A stretch of 61,991 nt of DNA from Candidatus Cloacimonadota bacterium. Its GTDB lineage: Bacteria; Cloacimonadota; Cloacimonadia; JGIOTU-2. Positions 1 through 10,366 of this stretch are shown in pieces; within the stretch, counting starts at the first letter, position 1, and each line of letters starts with the position of its first letter. The translations under genes were made by a program, and so were the position numbers. The notes beneath the pieces are model-generated. The model saw only the letters and a program-made list of their open reading frames with translations, searched no databases and was not told the origin of the DNA. The stretch is from assembly GCA_034722995.1 (NCBI GenBank), contig JAYEOL010000032.1:1-61991 (forward strand). The letters run 5' to 3'.

Positions 1-1
1 T

Positions 2-238
2 CTTTTTGGTTCTTATGCAAGGAATGAAGCAAATGAAGATTCTGATATAGATATTGCAGTAGTCCTTGATGGTCTTGCTAGTAGATACAAGGAAAGAGAA
101 CGCTGTAGTAAGATTCGGGCAAGAATCAGTTTAGAAAACAACTGCGTTATAAATTTGTTCTTTTTAGAGAAAAACGAATTGCTTGCAAATGAATATGCCC
201 TGTATCGTAATATATTTAACGAAGGTATCATAATATGA
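2..238 (+). CDS. nucleotidyltransferase-domain protein (minimal MNT type), 5' end outside window
   Basis: Frame is open from the window edge to TGA at 236-238. Translation LFGSYARNEANEDSDIDIAVVLDG... shows the GS...DxD minimal nucleotidyltransferase signature. Absent from the ORF track because it has no start codon. Confidence 0.7.
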   Translation, partial: LFGSYARNEANEDSDIDIAVVLDGLASRYKERERCSKIRARISLENNCVINLFFLEKNELLANEYALYRNIFNEGIII

Positions 239-249
239 CGAAATGTTTT

Positions 250-302
250 GGAGTCGGTGACTCTGTCACCGTAAAAATCAAAGCCGACGGAGTCGGCTAC
301 TC
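250..302. repeat. REP doublet (inverted pair) upstream of the RAYT gene
   Basis: ggagtcggtgactctgtcaccg (250-271) and its inverted relative gccgacggagtcggctactcc (283-302). Each unit is GGAGT plus a 6-7 bp stem / 3 nt loop hairpin. The same units recur at 891-975. Confidence 0.75.
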
Positions 303-318
303 CAAAAAAGGAAATAAA

Positions 319-882
319 ATGTTCTTCGACATTAATAAGAATTTTAAAGAGTTTACAAATTACAAGCATTCTCCTGCACATCTTTTCCTGAATAATGCGT
401 ATTATATTATAACTGCTCATACATTAAAAAACTTAAGACCGTTTTATGATGATGAAAGAAAGGGGATTTTGCTTGACTCAATTTTTATGAATTTCATTAA
501 TCGAAACGATTGGAAAATGATTGCCTATTTTGTGGCGGATAATCATTATCATTTACTTATGAATTCAGGAAATAATGCTGGAAAATTATCAAAAATTATT
601 GCTGATATTCATCGCTTTACAGCAATTACTATTAATAAGATGGATAACCTTATTGGCAGGCAGGTTTGGTATCAATACTGGGATACAGTGATAACTTCGG
701 AAAATTCATTTTATGCCAGATTTAATTATATTCATTATAATCCCGTAAAACATGGTTATGTAAAAAATAGTGAAGATTACAAATTTTGCAGTTATAAAAA
801 TTATTTTGAAAAAGATGAAAATGGAATGATTTTTACAATGAAAAAATACCCATTTGATAAAGTAAAAGTAAAAGAACCATAA
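319..882 (+). CDS. REP-associated tyrosine transposase (RAYT, IS200/IS605 TnpA-like Y1 HUH enzyme)
   Basis: HUH motif in DNHYHLL and a catalytic-Tyr region YIHYNPVKHGYV. Flanked on both sides by REP palindromes. The ORF-track start at 235 reads through the REP doublet, so ATG at 319 (preceded by aaaaagga) is the more likely start. Confidence 0.8.
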   Translation: MFFDINKNFKEFTNYKHSPAHLFLNNAYYIITAHTLKNLRPFYDDERKGILLDSIFMNFINRNDWKMIAYFVADNHYHLLMNSGNNAGKLSKIIADIHRFTAITINKMDNLIGRQVWYQYWDTVITSENSFYARFNYIHYNPVKHGYVKNSEDYKFCSYKNYFEKDENGMIFTMKKYPFDKVKVKEP

Positions 883-890
883 TTTTATTT

Positions 891-975
891 GGAGTCGGCG
901 AGTCCCTCGCCGTATTATGTGGAGTCGGTGACTCTGTCGCCGTAAGATAATAAAGCCGAGAGACTCGGCTACTCC
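891..975. repeat. REP triplet downstream of the RAYT gene
   Basis: ggagtcggcgagtccctcgccg (891-912) and ggagtcggtgactctgtcgccg (921-942) are direct; gccgagagactcggctactcc (955-975) is inverted. As with the upstream doublet, it ends in ctactccaaaaagga, which supplies the RBS of the next gene. Confidence 0.75.
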
Positions 976-991
976 AAAAAGGAGTAAAAAA

Positions 992-2665
992 ATGAAAAAG
1001 ATATTTTTTTCTTTAACCGTATTTTTTCTTCTACTCTCCACTCCTTGTTTGGCAGGAGAGTGGAATTTAACCGGTTCTTTAAACCAAGGCCGTTCTGAGT
1101 TCCCTTCAGTACTTCTTGATGATGGTCAAATATTAGTTGCAGGTGGTATTATCGGTTGTTATGAAAATTCTTCCTGTGAAATCTATGATCCGGAAACTGG
1201 CCAATGGTCACCAACCGACTCAATGAGTTATGCTGTCGCTAATTTTTCCCTTACAAAATTACCTGACGGAAAAATTTTAGCCGTATATGGCATGTCTTCA
1301 GAAATATTTGACCCTGAAACAGAAACATGGAGTGAAATAGCAACATTGAATTTCTCTAGACATCATCACAGCGCTGTTCTGTTGCAAAACAGCAGAGTAT
1401 TAGCTGTTGGTGGTGATAGTGCTAATGACTACAAAGGTTGCGAAATCTATAATCCTCAAACCAATGAATGGACATTAACTGGCTTTTGTTCTCATCCAAA
1501 ACTTTGGCATACTTTAGAATTATTACCCGACGGACAAGTAATGGCAATTGGCGGCGGAAATTCTAGTTATGAACATTGCGAGATTTACGACCCAAACACT
1601 GAACTTTGGACTGAAATTGCATCTCTTAATGAATCCAGATATAATCATACATCTCATTTACTTCCTAATGGTAATGTTATGGCTATAGCCGGCGGGCCTG
1701 AACCATACCGTTCTTCCTGCGAAATCTATGATTTCCAAACACAACAATGGACTTATGCTGATTCTTTAGAAATCGGTCGCACAAATCACTGCTCAGAAAA
1801 ACTTCTCAACAACAAAATTCTAGTAATGGGCGGGCAAGGCGAAACCGGAAGTGGATCCGGTCATTCATGCGAAATTTATAACCCTACAACCAATCAATGG
1901 CAAATTGCAGCTTCATTATATCATTCATACGGCAATTTCTCTTCTGAAATACTTAAAGACGAACGAGTGTTGGCAATTCGCAGTTGGTGCGAAATCTACA
2001 CATGGAATTACACACCCACCGTGAATCTTGCTGGTCCAAATGAGGCTACAGTTGGAGAAACTTTAAGTTTCTCGATTACTGCCACAGACCCTGATAATGA
2101 CAGCCTTGCCGTTCGCATTGACTGGGGCGATGACGAAATTAGTGAATGGACTGAACTTCAACCATCTGGAACTACTTTTGAACTTTCTCATTCTTGGACT
2201 GAACCAGGACAATACCAAGTTCGCGCTCAATCCGCCGACCAATGGTATTTTCAAAATCCAGAAACTCATAACTCCCTTTCCAACTGGAGCCAGCCATTAA
2301 TAATCACTATCACTGGGCATGCAACTGACCCATCAGTCAACCCCGTTGAAACCGAAATCTTAATCTACCCCAACCCTTTCCGCACCTCAACCACAATATC
2401 TTTTTCCAATCAACAATCCCTGCCCACCGAAGCCTCGGCGCAGGCGGGAGGAATCAACAATCAACAATTCTCAATCTCAATCTTTAATCTCAAAGGACAA
2501 AAAATTAAAACCTTCCCAAATCTCCAAATCAACAAATCTTCAGATCAACAAATTGTATGGGATGGAAGAGATGCCAATGGTAAACCAGTCCCAAGTGGCA
2601 TTTATTTCTGCCATTTGGAAAATAGTAGTTACTGTTCAACTAAGAAAATTTTAGTTTTTAAATAA
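992..2665 (+). CDS. secreted Kelch-repeat protein with PKD-like domain and T9SS-type C-terminal sorting domain
   Basis: Signal peptide. Seven or more repeats of the CEIYDPETGQW / CEIYNPQTNEW type. PKD-like segment ATDPDNDSLAVRIDWGDD. C-terminal YPNPF...IFNLKGQKI...WDGRDANGKPVPSGIYF tail. Confidence 0.85.
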   Translation: MKKIFFSLTVFFLLLSTPCLAGEWNLTGSLNQGRSEFPSVLLDDGQILVAGGIIGCYENSSCEIYDPETGQWSPTDSMSYAVANFSLTKLPDGKILAVYGMSSEIFDPETETWSEIATLNFSRHHHSAVLLQNSRVLAVGGDSANDYKGCEIYNPQTNEWTLTGFCSHPKLWHTLELLPDGQVMAIGGGNSSYEHCEIYDPNTELWTEIASLNESRYNHTSHLLPNGNVMAIAGGPEPYRSSCEIYDFQTQQWTYADSLEIGRTNHCSEKLLNNKILVMGGQGETGSGSGHSCEIYNPTTNQWQIAASLYHSYGNFSSEILKDERVLAIRSWCEIYTWNYTPTVNLAGPNEATVGETLSFSITATDPDNDSLAVRIDWGDDEISEWTELQPSGTTFELSHSWTEPGQYQVRAQSADQWYFQNPETHNSLSNWSQPLIITITGHATDPSVNPVETEILIYPNPFRTSTTISFSNQQSLPTEASAQAGGINNQQFSISIFNLKGQKIKTFPNLQINKSSDQQIVWDGRDANGKPVPSGIYFCHLENSSYCSTKKILVFK

Positions 2666-2683
2666 GTAAAATTTTGACAAAGA

Positions 2684-2719
2684 AACTCGACTCGAGTCAA
2701 TGACCCGAGTCGGGTTTTA
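2684..2719 (+). terminator. putative intrinsic terminator after the Kelch gene
   Basis: aaactcgactcg ... cgagtcgggtttt: a 7-10 bp GC-containing stem followed by a T run, 20 nt after the stop codon. Confidence 0.45.
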
Positions 2720-2821
2720 CAATAAATGTTGAAATTCTGAAATAAATTATAAATATATAAAGTTTAGTAAAAAATTATTTACATTTTTTAAAATTTTTTT
2801 ATTATATTTATATAAAATTAC

Positions 2822-2851
2822 TTGACATCAAATTAAAGAAAAGAGTAATTT
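2822..2851 (+). promoter_or_regulatory. candidate sigma70-type rRNA promoter
   Basis: TTGACA (2822-2827), a 17 nt spacer, then GTAATT/TAATTT, in an extremely AT-rich UP-like region about 65 nt upstream of the 16S 5' end. A weaker TTTACA-N17-ATTATA sits at 2778-2806. Confidence 0.4.
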
Positions 2852-2914
2852 GTTATTTAGTTCTTTGAGAAAGAAAAATAGGGTGTATACGAAACAACAA
2901 CACAAAAAAGAGAT

Positions 2915-4484
<1,570 letters not shown>

Positions 4485-4520
4485 AATAAATTCGTATGCA
4501 CCCTTTTATATAGCAGCTTA

Positions 4521-4597
4521 GGGCTTGTAGCTCAGTTGGTTGGAGCACCGCTCTGATAAGGCGGGGGTCGGTGGTTCGAGTCCACCCAGGCCCACCA
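4521..4597 (+). tRNA. tRNA-Ile (GAU)
   Basis: gggcttgtagctcagttggttggagcaccgctctgataaggcggg...cccacca. Cloverleaf folds by eye, anticodon loop is CTGATAA, CCA is encoded. This is the typical ITS position. Confidence 0.95.
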
Positions 4598-4639
4598 TTC
4601 TTAGAAGAGCGAAATATCATATACCTGTTATTGTTTCTC

Positions 4640-4718
4640 GTGGGATTAACTCAGTTGGGATAGCGTCCCGATGCAATCGGGAAGGTCATCGGTTCGGCGA
4701 CCATACGGAGTTCTGCCA
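4640..4718 (+). pseudogene. degenerate tRNA-like relic between tRNA-Ile and tRNA-Ala
   Basis: The 5' half, variable region and T-stem 5' side align closely with the neighbouring tRNA-Ala (23 of 26 positions over acceptor 5' plus D arm; AGGTC-xTCGGTTCG). It has a perfect 5-bp anticodon-like stem with loop ATGCAAT (GCA). The T-arm 3' side and the acceptor 3' strand do not pair. Confidence 0.4.
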
Positions 4719-4764
4719 TTTTGTAATTGGTTGATGTTTCTGTATTTGATATGTATAAATTCCT

Positions 4765-4840
4765 GGGGGATTAGCTCAGTTGGGAGAGCGCCGCTCTTGC
4801 ACGGCGGAGGTCGTCGGTTCGAACCCGTCATCCTCCACCA
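4765..4840 (+). tRNA. tRNA-Ala (UGC)
   Basis: gggggattagctcagttgggagagcgccgctcttgcacggcgg...tcctccacca. G3:U70 pair present, anticodon loop CTTGCAC. Confidence 0.95.
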
Positions 4841-5195
4841 TTTTAAGATATAGTTTTTGAATTTTTTTATTTATCGGTTATTTGAAAGATATATAGTAGT
4901 GAATTAAAGTAGAAGAATAGAGTAAGGCATTAAGTGCATTCGGTGGATGCCTTGGAGTTAGATTGAGATGAAGGACGTGACCAGCTGCGATAAGCTTCGG
5001 GGAGCTGTAAGTAAGCATAGATCCGGAGATTTCCGAATGGGGTAACCCGTTCCTGTTAATACGGGTTCATCATATATCTGAATAAAATAGGATATATGAG
5101 TCAAACGCAGAGAACTGAAACATCTTAGTATCTGCAGGAAAAGAAAGTAACAACGATTCCCTGAGTAGTGGCGAACGAAAAGGGAACAGCCCAAA

Positions 5196-5538
5196 CCCGA
5201 CACTTATTTAATATGTTTATGGAGGTGTAAGTGTATTATGTGTATGTATTATAGAATGAATTGAATACCAAAACTTATGTAGGATATACCTCGGATTTAA
5301 AGAGAAGATTGAAAGAACATAATGAAAGCAATAAAGGATATACTGGTAGAGGGAAGTGGAGACTGATTTATTATGAAGCATATCTATCAGAAGAGGATGC
5401 AAGAGAAAGAGACCTGTCTGCCGTTAGGCAGGGAGAAAACTAAAACATAATCGAAATAGTAAGAGATCTTTAATAGGAAGAATAAAGTCCCGATAATATC
5501 GGGATAAAGTAATAAGAACATATTAAATAAGTGTCGGG
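5196..5538 (+). other. intervening sequence (IVS)-like stem-closed insertion in 23S domain I
   Basis: A perfect 20-bp closing stem: cccgacacttatttaatatg (5196-5215) pairs with catattaaataagtgtcggg (5519-5538). It replaces what is a short segment in the E. coli 23S near position ~270. The interior is AT-rich and holds a GIY-YIG ORF remnant. Confidence 0.7.
5244..5443 (+). pseudogene. decayed GIY-YIG (URI-domain) nuclease gene inside the 23S insertion
   Basis: ATG-TAT-TAT... gives MYYRMN then a stop. A shifted frame continues as (L)NTKTYVGYTSDLKRRLKEHNESNKGYTGRGKWRLIYYEAY. This is about 45 percent identical to the intact paralog at 54093-54332 (MYYTYIIES...KKYIGYTSDLKKRLNAHNSGN). The N-terminal strand is frameshifted and shortened. 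Confidence 0.6.
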
Positions 5539-5729
5539 GGTAGCGGGACCTAAGATATATTTCGCTGAATTTATAGTTGAACTTTGCTGGAAAGCTAGGT
5601 CAAAGAAGGTGATAACCCTGTAAACGAAATAATGATAGCGAGATTTTAGGAATCCCAAGTAGGATGGGACACTTGGAATCCTGTCTGAATCTGCCAGGAC
5701 CATCTGGTAAGGCTAAATATGATCTAACT

Positions 5730-5768
<39 letters not shown>

Positions 5769-6385
5769 CACCCCGGGAGGGGAGTGAAATAGTACCTGAA
5801 ACCGTTTGCATAAAATCAGTCGAAGTTTTGTGGATTTGCTTGCAAATCTATAGGATAACGGCGTGCCTTTTGTATAATGAGCCGGCGAGTTACTTTGAAC
5901 AGCAAGGTTCAGTCCGATACGGATGAAGCCAAAGCGAAAGCGAGTCTGAATAGGGCGTAAAGTTGTTTTGAGTAGACCCGAAACCGAGTGATCTACCTAT
6001 GTCCAGGTTGAAGTCCCGATAATATCGGGATGGAGGACCGAACCTACTGGAGTTAAAAATCCAGAGGATGAGATGTGGGTAGGGGTGAAAGGCCAAACAA
6101 ACTCGGAGATATCTGGTTCTCTCCGAAACCTGTTTAGGCAGGGCCTTATATTAGATTAACGGAGGTAAAGCACTGATTGGACTAGGGATCCCAAAAGATT
6201 ACCAAACCCATTCAAACTAAGAATGCCGTTAATTGATGTATAGGAGACAGTCTGTGGGGGATAAGCTCCATAGGCAAAAGGGAAACACCCCAGACCATCA
6301 GCTAAGGTCCCAAAATATACACTAAGTGATTAAGGATGTTAAATTGCAAAAACAGCCAGGATGTTGGCTTAGAAGCAGCCATTCA

Positions 6386-6419
<34 letters not shown>

Positions 6420-7239
6420 GTTTTGCACCAAAGATGATCGGGACTAAGTGTATTACCGAAGCTGTGGATCCCGAAGTTAATTCGGGGTGGTAGGAGAGCA
6501 TTCTGTAAGGCTGTAAAGGCGTACTGAAAGGTATGCTGGAGCTATCAGAAGAGATTATGCCGGCATGAGTAGTGATAAGACCGATGAGAAATCGGTCCAC
6601 CAAAAGTCTAAGGTTTCCTGAGTAAAGTTAATCTGCTCAGGGTTAGTCGGACCCTAAGAAGAGGCCGAAAGGCGTATTTGATGGGAAAGCAGTTAAAATT
6701 CTGCTACCCGATATAGATAGTGATGGGATGACGCAGTAATGCGAGGGAGTCTGGTGTTGGAAATCCAGATTTAAGCTGGTAGGTAGGATGAGCAGGAAAA
6801 TACACTCATCTATTACTGAGAAGCTAATACGAGTCACATAAGTGGCAGAAGTCCCTTTATAAAGCTGCCAAGAAATACTCTCTAAACGATTAGTCTATAT
6901 CGGTCCGTACCGCAAACCGACACAGGTAGACGAGGAGAGTATCCTAAGGTGTTCGAGTTAACTCTGGTTAAGGAATTAGGCAAAATTACCCCGTAACTTC
7001 GGAAGAAGGGGTACCATTAAAGGTGAAGAGTTTCGCACTCAGAGCTTTTGATGGTCGCAGTAAATAGGCCCAAGCGACTGTTTATCAAAAACACAGGTCT
7101 ATGCAAAGTAGTAATACCATGTATATAGACTGACACCTGCCCGGTGCCGGAAGGTTAAATGGATGGCTTAGTGGGGATAGCGATATCTTCGCAAAGGTCA
7201 GAAATGAAGCCCCGGTAAACGGCGGCAATAACTATAATT

Positions 7240-7302
<63 letters not shown>

Positions 7303-7368
7303 GGGCGCTGTCTCAACCAGGGACTCGGTGAAATTGCAGTGGCGGTGAAGATGCCGCCTACCCGCGAA

Positions 7369-7400
<32 letters not shown>

Positions 7401-7553
7401 TTTTGATATTGTATTTTGGTACTATATGTGTAGGATAGGTGGGAGGCTGTGAAGTTCCGACGCAAGTCGGAATGGAGCCATCCTTGAAATACCACCCTTA
7501 TAATATTGAGATACTAACTCCTGCCTTTATGAGGTATGAGTACAGTGTCAGGA

Positions 7554-7586
<33 letters not shown>

Positions 7587-7636
7587 AGTAACGGAGGCGC
7601 ACAAAGGTTCCCTCAGCGTGATTGGTAACCACGCAT

Positions 7637-7672
<36 letters not shown>

Positions 7673-7741
7673 CAACGGGTCGAACAGATGGGAAACCAGG
7701 TCTTAGTGATCCTATCTCTCTGTATGGAAGGGGGATAGCTT

Positions 7742-7774
<33 letters not shown>

Positions 7775-7806
7775 CATAGCTTCCGAGAGTTCATATCGAC
7801 GAAGCT

Positions 7807-7846
<40 letters not shown>

Positions 7847-7850
7847 GAAA

Positions 7851-7912
<62 letters not shown>

Positions 7913-8243
7913 AGAGACAGTTCGGTCCCTATCCTTCGTGGGCGGTAGATGTTTGAAGAGAGCCTCATTTAGTACGAGAGGACCGATGAGGACAGACCTC
8001 TGGTGAACCGGTTGTGACGCCAGTTGCATCGCCGGATAGCTAAGTCTGGAATGGATAACTGCTGAAAGCATATAAGCGGGAAGCCAACTCTAAGATTAGA
8101 CATCTTTAAGACCCCTTGGAGACTACAAGGTTGATAGGTTACAGGTGTAAGTTCAGTAATGAATTTAGCCGAGTAATACTAATTGGTCAAAGCCTTATTC
8201 TTTCCCTTTTACTTTAATCACTACAACTTTTGGGCAGTGAAAC

Positions 8244-8359
8244 TTTGGTTGTTATAGCAGCGTGGAAACACCTGTTCCCATTCCGAACACAGTAGTTAAG
8301 CACGCTTACGCTGATGCTACTGCACTGGTAACGGTGTGGAAGAGTAGGTCGCAGCCAGT
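8244..8359 (+). rRNA. rrf: 5S ribosomal RNA
   Basis: ccgaacacagtagttaagc core. Helix I pairs tggttg with cagcca. Enclosed by a flanking processing stem gggcagtgaaa / tttcactgccc followed by ttttt. Confidence 0.9.
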
Positions 8360-8570
8360 TTTTTCACTGCCCTTTTTGTATCAGAAAAAATTTATAATAC
8401 TTATTAAGAATTCAATTCCTACAATTTGAAAGAATATTCACCATAGAAAATAAGAAACCGTGTATTCATCGATCTTTAGAAAAGTTAGCATCCAAAATTC
8501 ACGGTTCAACTGTTAAAGGCAAAAAAAATAGATAGAAAAAGGATTTAATCAAACTAACGAAAATCTTACA

Positions 8571-10301
8571 TTAATATTTTCTCGGATCAATCGGGTCCAC
8601 AAACAAAGTCTTCTGTTTTCTATAAACAACAAATCCAGGTGGGCTTTTTCTTGGTTTGGAAACATATCTAATCTTTGTAAAATCCACGGGAACTTTAGTG
8701 GAATGCTTTGCTTTGCTAAAATATGCAGCAATACCTGCAGCAAAATTTTTAACTTTCGGAGGTATATCTCTTAACCTTTCTGGATTACGAACAATCAGAT
8801 GTGCACCATGATAAATCCTGCTATGAAAGAACCAATCATCTAATTTTGCAAATTTGGTTGTGAGTTCATCATTTTCACGATTGCTTCTGCCAACGAAAAT
8901 TTCCCATTTCCTTCCTTCTGCCTCAACTGAAAACCTGCGGAATAATCGTTTCTCAAAGGCTTTTTTCTTTCTTGCCCTCTTTTCTTCTTGTAATTGACAC
9001 AATTCTTCAAAGTTTTCACATCTTTCTACATAAGCTATTTTATCTAAAATATTTTGGAGCTTCTTCTTATTTACCTCAATTTGTGCTTGCAATTTTACTG
9101 TCCCTGATTTTGCTTTCTTATATCTTTTGAAATAATACTCCATATTCTTTTTCGGACTTAATTCTTCATTTAAGGGAATAACGATTTGTGGTGCGTTTTC
9201 TTCAAAATAATCAGTTACCTCAATCTCTTTCTGTCCCCTTTTGATTTTACTAAAATTTACTTTAAGAAGTTCTCCGAATTTTTTCCATTTTTCCACTTTC
9301 TTCATCTCGTGCAATTCAACTGATTCCTTTGCAATGACTTTTTCTATCCCGTTTACCTGTTTTTGCAAATTATGTAGAATTGTATTCTTCAGCTGAGTAA
9401 ATATTATCTTCCTGCATTTTTCTTGATAATAAAACTGAAAGGCATCATTGATAGTTGAAAATCCTTGCGAATTTTCCGTTTCTATTAAGGATAAATATTT
9501 TTCTTCTGAATTGTAAAATATAATATGTTTGTCATCCATTTTGGAGTCCTGTTCTCCTGAACAGGTATTATTGAAAATATTATCTAATTTATCCGATTCT
9601 GGAGAATCGGGCTCCAAAGCTTTTACCTTATTTTTTATTTGAGAGATGATCTTCCAAAAATCTTCTGCAGGCATTTCAGAAATAAACTCATCTTTAAGAA
9701 ATTTTGGCACATTGCTGAAAAGCTGAATAAATTTTTCCCATTCTTCTGGAAGCCTATCCCCTATCAAATTATAAAACTCTTTTTTTTCTAATTCTAAAAT
9801 ATAAGATTTCTTAACCTGGGGTGGAGGTTGATATTCAAGTCCAGGAAGAATTTGTCTAAACCTACTTTCTGAAAAACCTATTCTTTTATGAGAATCTAAT
9901 ATAATCCATTTCTCATTCTCATCCTGTCTTGTAAATATCATATTTTCATAGCGATTTATCAACTCTATAATAAGTTTATATCTTATTTTTTCCCCATCAA
10001 TATCCTTCTTTTGAAAGTAAATTGATATTATTTTATCATTTTTAGCGATAGAAATTTTTTCTATTATACTTTTGTAAAGATGCTTTGAAATAAGGTTTGT
10101 AAATGTGGTTTCAATTTTTTGGTTTATTTCTTTATCTGAAAAGAAGCAGAGAGGCTCTCCTGAAAATAAAGAGATATTAAGATAGCTGTTGTTAAATTCT
10201 AAAATGTATTTTTCCCCATCCCAAAAAACATTTTTGAATCGGCTATTTATAATTTGTTTGGAAGTTTCATCTACCCATAATTTTAGAAATAAAAAATCCA
10301 T
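8571..10301 (-). CDS. rqcH: NFACT-family ribosome quality control protein (RqcH / FbpA-like)
   Basis: 576 aa with a coiled-coil middle region. The C-terminal NFACT-R/DUF814 region contains DDWFFHSRIYHGAHLIVRN. Confidence 0.75.
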   Translation of the reverse strand: MDFLFLKLWVDETSKQIINSRFKNVFWDGEKYILEFNNSYLNISLFSGEPLCFFSDKEINQKIETTFTNLISKHLYKSIIEKISIAKNDKIISIYFQKKDIDGEKIRYKLIIELINRYENMIFTRQDENEKWIILDSHKRIGFSESRFRQILPGLEYQPPPQVKKSYILELEKKEFYNLIGDRLPEEWEKFIQLFSNVPKFLKDEFISEMPAEDFWKIISQIKNKVKALEPDSPESDKLDNIFNNTCSGEQDSKMDDKHIIFYNSEEKYLSLIETENSQGFSTINDAFQFYYQEKCRKIIFTQLKNTILHNLQKQVNGIEKVIAKESVELHEMKKVEKWKKFGELLKVNFSKIKRGQKEIEVTDYFEENAPQIVIPLNEELSPKKNMEYYFKRYKKAKSGTVKLQAQIEVNKKKLQNILDKIAYVERCENFEELCQLQEEKRARKKKAFEKRLFRRFSVEAEGRKWEIFVGRSNRENDELTTKFAKLDDWFFHSRIYHGAHLIVRNPERLRDIPPKVKNFAAGIAAYFSKAKHSTKVPVDFTKIRYVSKPRKSPPGFVVYRKQKTLFVDPIDPRKY

Positions 10302-10334
10302 CTTATTACTAACACCTCAAAGTATCTTTTAGCC

Positions 10335-10366
10335 ACAAAGACACAAAGTCACAAAGTCACAAAGAA
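10335..10366. repeat. 4 x 8-nt tandem repeat (cacaaagw) ending in a GCCAC motif
   Basis: gccacaaagacacaaagtcacaaagtcacaaagaag lies 30-65 nt upstream of the rqcH start. It is related to the GTGGC-terminated heptad repeats at 22291, 42961, 43062, 43990, 44622, 44670 and 54640. Confidence 0.8.

Noticed and set aside
5196-5538. Group I or group II intron with a homing endonuclease in the 23S.
   Set aside because: Only about 160 nt remain outside the ORF, which is too little for a ribozyme core. The insert is closed by a perfect 20-bp stem typical of RNase III-processed IVSs. It also sits in a variable domain I region rather than in a conserved functional site. An Infernal scan would settle the question.
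10335-10366. CRISPR or a coding tandem repeat.
   Set aside because: It is an 8-nt unit repeated four times with no spacers. It lies in the leader of rqcH, outside any supported ORF.
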